From the NCBI GenBank assembly GCA_040757625.1, contig JBFLWU010000007.1, forward strand, positions 1,110 through 65,109: a stretch of 64,000 nt of DNA. The letters are read 5' to 3'. Source of the DNA: Thermodesulfobacteriota bacterium (GTDB lineage: Bacteria; Desulfobacterota; Desulfobacteria; Desulfobacterales; JARGFK01). The notes beneath the pieces are model-generated. The model ran no database searches. It was not told the origin of the DNA and saw nothing but the letters and a program-made list of their open reading frames with translations. The position numbers and the translations under genes are program-made. How positions within the stretch are numbered: position 1 is the stretch's first letter; the number at the start of each line of letters is the position of its first letter. Below are positions 28,711 to 36,786 of this stretch, in pieces.

Positions 28711-29829
28711 TCAAACCCATAACATATTTTTATTTCTTGCCTCTAAAATGAAGAATTTAAGATTTTCTATACTTAACACATTATTTGATTCATAGAATTT
28801 TTTATACCATTCTATAGTCAACACAATAGCAGTTTCAACATCCCAGACAGTATTCCATTTCAACTTTAGCCGTGCTTTTGAACTGTCAAGTTTTAACATA
28901 CCCGCTTCATGTGGATAGTCAGTTTTTTGTTGTATTTCATAATTAACTTCCGGCCATGCTCTTTTAACTAATCCCACAACCTCTCCCACAGAAAGATTCT
29001 TGTCATCAGAGGGTCCAAAATTCCATGCCTTGGCACATTCTTTTTGTCCTTCTAAAAGCTTCTGTCCAAGTAGCAGATATCCACTTAATGGTTCAAGAAC
29101 ATGCTGCCATGGCCTGATAGATTCCGGGTTTCTAATCTGAACCTTCTCATTGCGGCTCACTGCGCGAACCATATCAGGAATTAGTCTATCAGGAGCCCAA
29201 TCACCACCACCAATTACATTTCCTGCACGAGCACTAGCTATCAATGTACTATTAGCACTTAAATGTTTTGAACTATTAAAAAAAGAGTGGCGCCAGCAAT
29301 TGGTGATGATTTCAGCGCATCCTTTCGATGCGCTATATGGATCATAGCCACCTACTGGATCAATCTCTCGATAACCCCAAGGCCATTCCTTGTTTTCATA
29401 ACACTTATCACTTGTAACATTGACTATTGCTTTGACAGAATCGCAGTTTCTTACCGCTTCAAAAACATTAATGGTTCCCATAACGTTGCTGGTAAATGTT
29501 TCAACCGGATCCTTATAAGAAGCTCTAACGATAGCCTGCGCAGCAAGATGAAAGACAATTTCAGGTTGTTGTTCTTTGAATGTGTATTTGACATTTTCTG
29601 CATCACGAATATCGCCGATAATAGAGTTTATACCCAGATCTAGCAAATTAAAGTGGTTAGGTTCGGTTGCTGGTTTTAGGGAGTACCCTGTAACCTTTGC
29701 ACCCATCTGTGATAGCCATAGTGTCAGCCATGACCCTTTAAAACCTGTATGGCCTGTAACTAAGACTCGCCGGCCTTGATATATTCGATTAAATAAACTT
29801 TGAAATCGACTTATTTCCAAATTTTCCAT
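28711..29829 (-). CDS. rfbG: CDP-glucose 4,6-dehydratase
   Basis: 372 aa with VLVTGHTGFKGSWLTLWL, a YSASKGCAE catalytic motif, and adjacency to rfbF. Confidence 0.9.
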   Translation of the reverse strand: MENLEISRFQSLFNRIYQGRRVLVTGHTGFKGSWLTLWLSQMGAKVTGYSLKPATEPNHFNLLDLGINSIIGDIRDAENVKYTFKEQQPEIVFHLAAQAIVRASYKDPVETFTSNVMGTINVFEAVRNCDSVKAIVNVTSDKCYENKEWPWGYREIDPVGGYDPYSASKGCAEIITNCWRHSFFNSSKHLSANSTLIASARAGNVIGGGDWAPDRLIPDMVRAVSRNEKVQIRNPESIRPWQHVLEPLSGYLLLGQKLLEGQKECAKAWNFGPSDDKNLSVGEVVGLVKRAWPEVNYEIQQKTDYPHEAGMLKLDSSKARLKLKWNTVWDVETAIVLTIEWYKKFYESNNVLSIENLKFFILEARNKNMLWV

Positions 29830-30590
29830 TTTGCTTGGCCTTTTTCCCAGAGTTTATTTAAATATTCCATATCTCTCATGGTGTCCATGCAGGCCCAGAA
29901 CCCCTGATGTTTGTAAACCATCAGTTGTCCTTCTTTAGCAATCTGTTCTAGCAACCCGATCTCCAAATCGCATTCATCATCTTCAGAAAGATAGTCGAAG
30001 ACTTTTCTGTTAAATACAAAAAACCCCCCATTGACAACAGCTAATCCTTTTTCAGGTTTCTCCATGAATGCTTCTACATTATCGCCGTCTATCTTTAACT
30101 CACCGAAACGCGATGTGGGATTTATTCCGGTCACTGTCGCCAACTTTCCGTGGCTTAGATGAAATGAAACGAGCTTATTAATATCTACGTTCCCAACCCC
30201 ATCTCCATATGTAAGCATAAAAGTTTCTTCGTCTATATATTTTTGGACTTTCTTTATTCTTGCGCCCTTCAACGATTTCTCTCCGGTATCTGAAAGGGTG
30301 ATGCGCCATCCTTTTTCACCATAAGTTTTGTGAACGCAGAGTTTTTCCGGCTGGCCCAGTTCGATACTGATATCGCTATTCATCAGTTCATAATGGCAGA
30401 AATAGTCTTTTATCATTTCGCCTTTATAACCCAGAGCAAGGACAAAATCTTTAAATCCGTAATGTGAATAAATCTTCATGATGTGCCATAGAACTGGACG
30501 GTTACCGATTTTTACCATTGGCTTGGGACGAAATTCAGTTTCTTCACGGAGCCGTGTACCAAGGCCTCCGCATAAAATAACAACTTTCAT
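29811..30590 (-). CDS. rfbF: glucose-1-phosphate cytidylyltransferase
   Basis: 259 aa with MKVVILCGGLGTRLREETEFRPKPMVKIGNRPVLWHIMK. Confidence 0.9.
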   Translation of the reverse strand: MKVVILCGGLGTRLREETEFRPKPMVKIGNRPVLWHIMKIYSHYGFKDFVLALGYKGEMIKDYFCHYELMNSDISIELGQPEKLCVHKTYGEKGWRITLSDTGEKSLKGARIKKVQKYIDEETFMLTYGDGVGNVDINKLVSFHLSHGKLATVTGINPTSRFGELKIDGDNVEAFMEKPEKGLAVVNGGFFVFNRKVFDYLSEDDECDLEIGLLEQIAKEGQLMVYKHQGFWACMDTMRDMEYLNKLWEKGQAKWKIWK

Positions 30591-30631
30591 GGTTTATTCC
30601 TCAATGTTTAACGGGACGTTTAACGGTAGCC

Positions 30632-31504
30632 TTATTTAATAGCAACAGCATAAATGTTTGCATCAAGAACATAACTGGATTTTTTCTGACGATTTACGAA
30701 AATATCAATTATAAATAAAGGCAATAAAATCCAATTTATTGGAACAGCTAAAATATATCGCAAATATTTATTTCCAAATGATAAACTATTGCTTACGTAA
30801 TGAATGAGAAAGATACCGAGTGCATGAAGAGGGCCATCAAGAGAACCAATTTCTATAATGCCAAACTGATTACATAGTATTCTTAAACCTTCTTCTGAAA
30901 AGCGATAATTATCTCCGCCATGATAGGGATATACCCAAGGGGATGACACATAAAGCATGCCACCCTTTTTAAGTATTCTATATGATTCCTCAATGACTTT
31001 GAAAGGGTAACTTGTATGCTCGATTACACCAGATATAACTATCAGATCAAAAGAATTATTCGGGAAAGGTATATATTCACCCTGCGAAACGACATCCACA
31101 TGTTCTTTGGGAACTACCTCGAGTTCGATAATATTCTTCCGGTATTTGTCTTCAAATGGCTGGTTGTATCCGATATACAACGCCTTATAAAAAGAGTTGT
31201 TTTGAGCAAGCGAATGGAGCAAACTTAAATGGCTGAATCTACGTTTTGATTTTATCCGTGGCGCTTTTAATATCAAATATAACTTTTCGAGTGTTTTCCA
31301 TCTTTTTTTTTTAAATTTTTCATAAGGCTCGGCCCAAACCGAGACCGATTTTTTATCCAGAAAACACGGCTTGCCGTCCCATTCATTGTACTGACGTTTA
31401 CACACCGGACAAATGAACAACCTGTGTTCTAGTATATATTCCACAGGTGGATGAGCATCACAATACGGACAGGTCAACTGAACACCGTTAATTGTTGATT
31501 CCAT
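30632..31504 (-). CDS. SAM-dependent methyltransferase with N-terminal zinc-ribbon and C-terminal membrane helices
   Basis: 290 aa with CPYC...CPVC, a Methyltransf_11-like FDLIVISGVIEHT...LKKGGMLYV, and a hydrophobic tail. It is the first gene of the island operon. Confidence 0.7.
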   Translation of the reverse strand: MESTINGVQLTCPYCDAHPPVEYILEHRLFICPVCKRQYNEWDGKPCFLDKKSVSVWAEPYEKFKKKRWKTLEKLYLILKAPRIKSKRRFSHLSLLHSLAQNNSFYKALYIGYNQPFEDKYRKNIIELEVVPKEHVDVVSQGEYIPFPNNSFDLIVISGVIEHTSYPFKVIEESYRILKKGGMLYVSSPWVYPYHGGDNYRFSEEGLRILCNQFGIIEIGSLDGPLHALGIFLIHYVSNSLSFGNKYLRYILAVPINWILLPLFIIDIFVNRQKKSSYVLDANIYAVAIK

Positions 31505-31787
31505 ATCTTTTAAACATCCAGCGTCGAAGGATAATCCCCATTCGAAGTAATTTTTTTTTAACAGAGTAATTTCAAAAAGTTATGGTTTCCCCCAATAGTT
31601 TAACGGGACGTCGGTGAAGAGAATGCACGGCGAAAAAAGCTGTTAAGCTGATAAAAGAAAACAGGTTAAGATTGAAATGCGGCTGACGGCGCAGGGCGCA
31701 CGGCTCACGGTGCAAAAACAGGGGAAGGCCAAGTACATATTTTCATAAATACGGTTATCTCATTGCCCGTTCGCTGCACTCATTCGA

Positions 31788-32272
31788 GACACAGAGGTCA
31801 CGGAGAAACCTTTCTTTTTGCCCATCGGGAGATGACGATGCATGAAAAAGCCTGAGCCTTCGGTATACTTTTTAGGTTCTTCTCCCAACTAGTTGGGAGA
31901 AAGGATTCCAGGATTCAAGGGGTCCAGGGGCCAAGTGTTTGTTTTCAATCAGTTATTAAATTCCAAGTGCATTTTTCGTCATTATTGCAACAAAAAAAAC
32001 TAAAGGATTTGAAATTCAAGAGCATTTCACTTGAACCCTTGAATCCTCGGCCCCTTGAACCCTTGGGATTCATGTCCAACATTCTTAAAGATGATTTTAC
32101 TCATTTTGCAGAATTAACTACAACTAATCCGGAGATGATACACTTTTTATTATCACCGCATAGACACCGTGTATGCTTATGCGACAAGCGGATATGTGTT
32201 TTTATCTGAACCGGCATCTCCCGGTTCAGATAAACTGATTCACCCCTCTGTGCCCTCTGTGGCTCTGTGGTG
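31788..32272. repeat. RE-A composite element with nested inverted word arms
   Basis: The left half is GACACAGAGGTCACGGAG plus a degenerate hairpin. The interior has palindrome TTCTCCCAAC-TA-GTTGGGAGAA (31879-31900) and CAAGGGG/CCCCTTG word arms (31901-31936 versus 32028-32071). The right half is TTATCTGAACCGG-CATCTC-CCGGTTCAGATAA plus CCCTCTGTGCCCTCTGTGGCTCTGTGGTG. Confidence 0.8.
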
Positions 32273-32433
32273 AAAAACACGTTAGGATATTTCCAAAACA
32301 GAGCATTAAGTATATAGATTTAAAAGAAACAAGTGCAGCGTCTTTATACAGCTCCGCCTTCTGAGTTCCATGAGCAAACCCGGCTTAATATACCAACATT
32401 ATTATATATTTTTAATTAAAATGGAGTTGATGC

Positions 32434-32820
32434 TTAAAACACACGGCCGATTTCATCGGCCGCTTCGTCCTGGGTCAGATCCGCCGGCTCTGCGACATTG
32501 GCCTCCCGGGCCAGCTCGCGGATCTGCTTTTTGATCTCATTGTATTCAAACAGCTTGCGCCTTAAAAAGCTTACGGTCAGGCCGGCCTTGGCCTCCAGGC
32601 CGCTGGGCGTCAGCTTATAAATATACTGCAGTTTATTTTCGGAATCCTTGAAGCGGTTGATTTTAACCAGTCCTTTTTTCGTCAGTTCGGAGAGACAGTA
32701 GTTGACCTTGCCCAGGCTGATGCCCATTTCCCGGGCCATTTCCCGCTGGGTGAAGTCGGGGTTGCGGCTTAGAATCTTGAGCAGCCGGTAGCGGATTTCC
32801 TGCTGGTAATCTGCGTTCAT
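32434..32820 (-). CDS. MarR-family, EPS-associated transcriptional regulator (TIGR04176-like)
   Basis: 128 aa with a winged helix, RYRLLKILSRNPDFTQREMAREMGISLGKVNYCLSELTKKGLVK. Confidence 0.8.
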   Translation of the reverse strand: MNADYQQEIRYRLLKILSRNPDFTQREMAREMGISLGKVNYCLSELTKKGLVKINRFKDSENKLQYIYKLTPSGLEAKAGLTVSFLRRKLFEYNEIKKQIRELAREANVAEPADLTQDEAADEIGRVF

Positions 32821-33118
32821 GACATGAACACTTAAAATAATTAGGGGGTTATGTCAAGGAAAATAAGGCTGAAGGTTGAAGACTCAAGGCCGAAGGAGGA
32901 GTGAACTAATTGCTGATAAGCTGTTAAGCCATAAGGGCCGAGGGTCTAGGACTGAGTTACGAATAAAAGATGATAAAAACACGGCTTACGGCGTACGGCA
33001 AAGGGCAAATGATAAGCTGTTGAGCTGATGAGCCGGTAAGCAAATGGTTCAGGGCTCACAGCTCAGGCCGAATGAAACATGTAAAAAAGCAAGAAAGCTT
33101 GGAGGCTTTAAGGGATTG

Positions 33119-33325
33119 TATTGAACCGCAGAGACGCAAAGGTCGCCGAGTTTCTTATTGTTGCTTTTCGTTGAGAGGACGAAAAGCAAGCAGCTGAAAG
33201 CTCTTTTCATTGCCGGCCCCTCACCGGCAATGAAAATGAATCTTTCTTTGCGTTCTCTGCGTCTCGAGCGAAGCGGGCGGTGAACAAACCAAGGCGCCTC
33301 ACTTGTTACACCTGTCTCCCACCCT
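33119..33325 (+). repeat. RE-B element, long variant
   Basis: AACCGCAGAGACGCAAAGG, then hairpin TTGCTTTTCGT-TGAGAGG-ACGAAAAGCAA, the AGCTGAAAGC box and hairpin CATTGCCGG-CCCCTCA-CCGGCAATG. It ends with ...GCGTCTCGAGCGAAGCGGGCGGTGAA plus a CCTGTCTCCCACCCTTCC tail. Confidence 0.85.
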
Positions 33326-33338
33326 TCCAGCCTTAGCC

Positions 33339-34277
33339 TCAGCCTTGTTGGCCCCCAATCAGCGTTTCCAGGATGGCCTTGTGCATGTGCATCTTGTTTT
33401 CCGACTGGTCCCAGACAACCGAGGCCGGCCCCTCCAGGACCGAGTTGCTGATTTCTTCGCCGCGGTGCGCCGGAAGGCAGTGCATGACGATGGCCTCTTT
33501 GGGGGCTTTTTTCATGAGGGTGCTGTTGACCTGAAAGGCGCTGAAGGCGCGCTTGCGGGAAGCGGACTCGCTTTCCTTGCCCATGCTGGCCCAAACATCC
33601 GTATAGATCACGTCGGCATCCTTCACGGCCTTGACCGGATCGGAGATCACCCGGATCCGGCCGGTTTTAAGGGCCAGCGCCTTTTTCATGACGCTCTCGT
33701 CCGGATAGTACCCTTCCGGGCAGGCCAGGACCAGGTTCAGGTCCAGCACCGCCGCGGCGTTGATCCACGAGTGCGAGACATTGTTGCCGTCGCCGACCCA
33801 GACGAAGTTGATGCCGGCGTACCCTTTTTTATGTTCAATCACGGTCATCAGGTCGCTCAACACCTGACAGGGGTGATACATATCCGTCAGGGCGTTGATG
33901 ACCGGTATGGCGGAAAATTCGGCAAACTCCTGCAGCAGGTCCTGGGAATAGGTCCGGATCGCCAGGCAGTCCAGATATCGGGAAAGCACCCGGGCGGTGT
34001 CCCGCACCGGCTCGGCCCGGGCCATCTGGGTGTCCCTGGCGCTGATGAAAATCGAGCTGCCGCCCAGCTGGGCCATGGCCACTTCAAAGGACAGGCGCGT
34101 GCGGGTGGAGTGCTTGTCGAAGATGAGGCCGAGGGTTTTGCCTTTAAGGGGCATGTCCAGGCGCCCCTCCTTGTGATGCTTCTTTAATTCGGCCGCCCGT
34201 TTAAAGAGCCGATCGAAGTCTTTTTTTTCCAGATCCAGTAGGGTTAAAATGTCTTTTTTCAAAATCGCTTTCTCCAT
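33339..34277 (-). CDS. argF: ornithine carbamoyltransferase
   Basis: STRTRLSFE, HPCQ and HCLPA motifs. I prefer the ATG at 34277 (MEKAILKKDILTL), because the track start at 34319 is a TTG inside a repeat. Confidence 0.9.
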   Translation of the reverse strand: MEKAILKKDILTLLDLEKKDFDRLFKRAAELKKHHKEGRLDMPLKGKTLGLIFDKHSTRTRLSFEVAMAQLGGSSIFISARDTQMARAEPVRDTARVLSRYLDCLAIRTYSQDLLQEFAEFSAIPVINALTDMYHPCQVLSDLMTVIEHKKGYAGINFVWVGDGNNVSHSWINAAAVLDLNLVLACPEGYYPDESVMKKALALKTGRIRVISDPVKAVKDADVIYTDVWASMGKESESASRKRAFSAFQVNSTLMKKAPKEAIVMHCLPAHRGEEISNSVLEGPASVVWDQSENKMHMHKAILETLIGGQQG

Positions 34278-34290
34278 AAATGAAAAATAT

Positions 34291-34862
34291 ATTGCACCGC
34301 AAAGGCGCAAAGTTAGCAAAGATCATTTTCCTGTTGCTTTTCGCTGAGAAGGCGAAAAGCAATCGTCAACGCCCTTTCAGGGATATAAATTCCCACTGTC
34401 GAGCAAACACCCCTGATCAGAGAACGTGTTTGTTTAATAAAGCTGAAAGCTTTTTCCTTTGGCGTCCTCTCAACGGCAAAGGAAATTTCTTGGCGCCCTC
34501 AGCGTCTCGATCGCAGCGGGCGGTTGATTTCATGCTCTTCTTCAAAGCACTAGTTGGACCAGTATATCCATAGAACCGGCACCGCAAAGGCGCAAAGTTA
34601 GCAAAGATTATTTTCCTGTTGCTTTTCGCTGAGAAGGCGAAAAGCAAACGTCAACGCCCTTTCAGGGATATAAATTCCCACTGTCGAGCAAATGCACCTA
34701 ATACGAACATGTCCGTTTAATAAAGCTGAAAGCTTTTTCCTTTGGCGACCTCTCACCGGCAAAAGAAATTTCTTGGCGCCCTCTGCGTCCTGAGACTATC
34801 GAGCGGTTGATTTCATGCTCTTCTTCAAAACACCGGTTGGAACAGTATATCCATAGAACCGG
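34291..34862 (+). repeat. tandem duplication (periods 285 and 283 bp) of an expanded RE-B element
   Basis: CACCGCAAAGGCGCAAAGTT starts recur at 34295, 34580 and 34863. Each unit has hairpin TTGCTTTTCGC-TGAGAAG-GCGAAAAGCAA, a roughly 90-bp centre and a second hairpin of the type CCTTTGGCG(T)-CCTCTCA-(A)CGGCAAAGG. The array begins 14 nt upstream of the argF ATG. Confidence 0.9.
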
Positions 34863-35435
34863 CACCGCAAAGGCGCAAAGTTGGCAAAGATCATTTTCCT
34901 GTTGCTTTTCGCTGAGAAGGCGAAAAGCGAACATGATCACTTTATAACTTCAGAATCTTCAGGAAGTTCACGTACAACCCTAACGATTCCTTCCCGCATG
35001 AGCGCTACGTTAAAATTTAACAATAATCCCAACTGAAGACCGGACAATTTTAAATAGGTTAATAATTGGGCTTTATGAATCGGTTCGATTTCATTTACCG
35101 ATTTTAATTCAACAATTATTTGATCTTCAACAATGACATCCAACCGGTAACTACAGTCCAGTTTAATACCTTTATACTCAACAAATAACGGTTCCTGCCG
35201 TTTAAATTTTATACCCTTGAGGCTAAACTCACAGCAAAGACATTCCTCATACGTTGATTCAAGCAAACCGGGGCCAAGGTACTTATGAACTTCTATCGCC
35301 GACCCTATTATTTTATTGCTTAATTGATTGATATCCATTGTCAAGTCAATCGACAAGTTGAAAAGCTTTTTCCTTGACGGCCGCTCACCGTCAAGGAAAA
35401 AAATATTTCTCAGCGTCCTCGGCGCCTTTGCGGTG
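34863..35435 (+). mobile_element. RE-B element carrying a GxxExxY gene as cargo (candidate autonomous copy)
   Basis: Perfect 14-bp inverted termini, CACCGCAAAGGCGC (34863-34876) and GCGCCTTTGCGGTG (35422-35435). Hairpin 1 lies at 34904-34928. Hairpin 2, TTTTTCCTTGACGG-CCGCTCA-CCGTCAAGGAAAAA, lies at 35367-35401. Only the GxxExxY ORF lies between them. Mobility is an inference. Confidence 0.6.
34937..35356 (-). CDS. GxxExxY protein (PD-(D/E)XK nuclease-fold family)
   Basis: GLLESTY motif and [17 protein letters not shown] core. It is a paralogue of 3357-3740. The start is TTG 35356 or ATG 35338 (MDINQL). Confidence 0.85.
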   Translation of the reverse strand: MSIDLTMDINQLSNKIIGSAIEVHKYLGPGLLESTYEECLCCEFSLKGIKFKRQEPLFVEYKGIKLDCSYRLDVIVEDQIIVELKSVNEIEPIHKAQLLTYLKLSGLQLGLLLNFNVALMREGIVRVVRELPEDSEVIK

Positions 35436-35440
35436 AACCA

Positions 35441-36631
35441 TTATTTCATTTCGGAAAAAATGCCATCCAAACACTCCACCAGGGCGTCGACGGCGTCCTT
35501 CTCAATGATCAGCGGCGGAATGAACCGCAGGATCGTATCCTGAATGCAGTTGACCAGGAACCCTTTCTCCATGCACTTCGCGGCCACCGGGGCGCCGTCG
35601 ATCTTGAGCTTGATGCCCAGCAGCAGCCCCATCCCCCGTACATCCGCAATGACATCGTGTCGCTCCTTGAGGGTGTGGAGTTTTTCCTTGAAATAAACGC
35701 CCATCCGGGTGCAGTGCTCCAGGATTCCCTCCTCCGCAATGGTTTTGAGCACGGCCAGGGCCGCGGCCGTTACCAGGGGCGTGCCGCCGAACGTGGACGC
35801 GTGCGAACCCGGACCGAAGGCGGCCGCGACCGTTTCGGTGGCCAGCATGGCCCCGATGGGCAGGCCGTTGGCAAGGGCCTTGGCCAGGGTCATGATGTCC
35901 GGCCGAACCCCGAAATGTTCGTAGGCGAACAGCTTGCCGGTCCGCCCGATGCCGGTCTGGATCTCGTCGAAAATCAGGAGCGTGCCGGTCTCATCGCAGA
36001 GGCCGCGAACCGCCTTTAGATACTGCGGGTCCGGGCAGCGGATGCCGCCTTCGCCCTGGACCGGTTCGAGCATCACCGCGCAGGTGGTCGCGTCGACCCT
36101 GCTGCGCAGCGCCTCCAGATCATTGAACGGGACGAACTCAAACCCCTGCAGGACCGGATCGAAGCCCTTCTTGATCTTGTCCTGGCCCGTGGCCGACAGG
36201 GTCGCCATGGTGCGGCCGTGAAACGACTTTTCCATGGAAATGATGCGAAAGCGGTCGGCGGCGCCCTTTTCGCTGAAATACTTGCGGGCCAGTTTGATGG
36301 CCGCCTCGTTGGCCTCCGCCCCGCTGTTGCAGAAAAAGGCCCGGTCGGCGAAACTGTGCGCCGTCAGCCAGGAAGCCAGCTCCGTCTGGGGCCGGGTGTA
36401 GTAGAGGTTGGAGACGTGCCAGAGGATATCGGCCTGTCGGCAGAGCGCCTCGGCAATCCGCGGATGGGCATGGCCCAGATTGCACACGGCAATGCCGGAC
36501 ACAAAATCCGTATAGGCCTTGCCGGTTTCATCCCAGAGGGTGCATCCCCGCCCCCGCTCGAGGGCAATGGGGAAGCGTTTGTAGGTTTTGGCGATGACCG
36601 CGTCGGCGGTCTTGATGGTGTCTGTGTTCAT
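35441..36631 (-). CDS. argD: acetylornithine aminotransferase
   Basis: 396-aa class-III aminotransferase (FCNSGAEANEAAIKLAR, LIFDEIQTGIGRTG) in an arg gene context. Confidence 0.9.
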   Translation of the reverse strand: MNTDTIKTADAVIAKTYKRFPIALERGRGCTLWDETGKAYTDFVSGIAVCNLGHAHPRIAEALCRQADILWHVSNLYYTRPQTELASWLTAHSFADRAFFCNSGAEANEAAIKLARKYFSEKGAADRFRIISMEKSFHGRTMATLSATGQDKIKKGFDPVLQGFEFVPFNDLEALRSRVDATTCAVMLEPVQGEGGIRCPDPQYLKAVRGLCDETGTLLIFDEIQTGIGRTGKLFAYEHFGVRPDIMTLAKALANGLPIGAMLATETVAAAFGPGSHASTFGGTPLVTAAALAVLKTIAEEGILEHCTRMGVYFKEKLHTLKERHDVIADVRGMGLLLGIKLKIDGAPVAAKCMEKGFLVNCIQDTILRFIPPLIIEKDAVDALVECLDGIFSEMK

Positions 36632-36786
36632 TTTAATGCCTCATATTTTTCTGACAGGATTAACAGAAATGACTTGACGTTTCTGCCTGCCTGTTGTCCG
36701 CTTTGTTCAGGTATTCAGACTGAATTAAGTCCTGATCCCTTTTCTTTTTCCCTTCAGCCTATATCACTTCAGCCTTCGGTCTGCTG

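Noticed and set aside
34291-35440. A CRISPR array, considered because of the regularly spaced repeated hairpins and the tandem units.
   Set aside because: The units are about 284 bp and repeat in their entirety, not as short direct repeats with unique spacers. The dispersed copies are single. No cas genes are present in the window.
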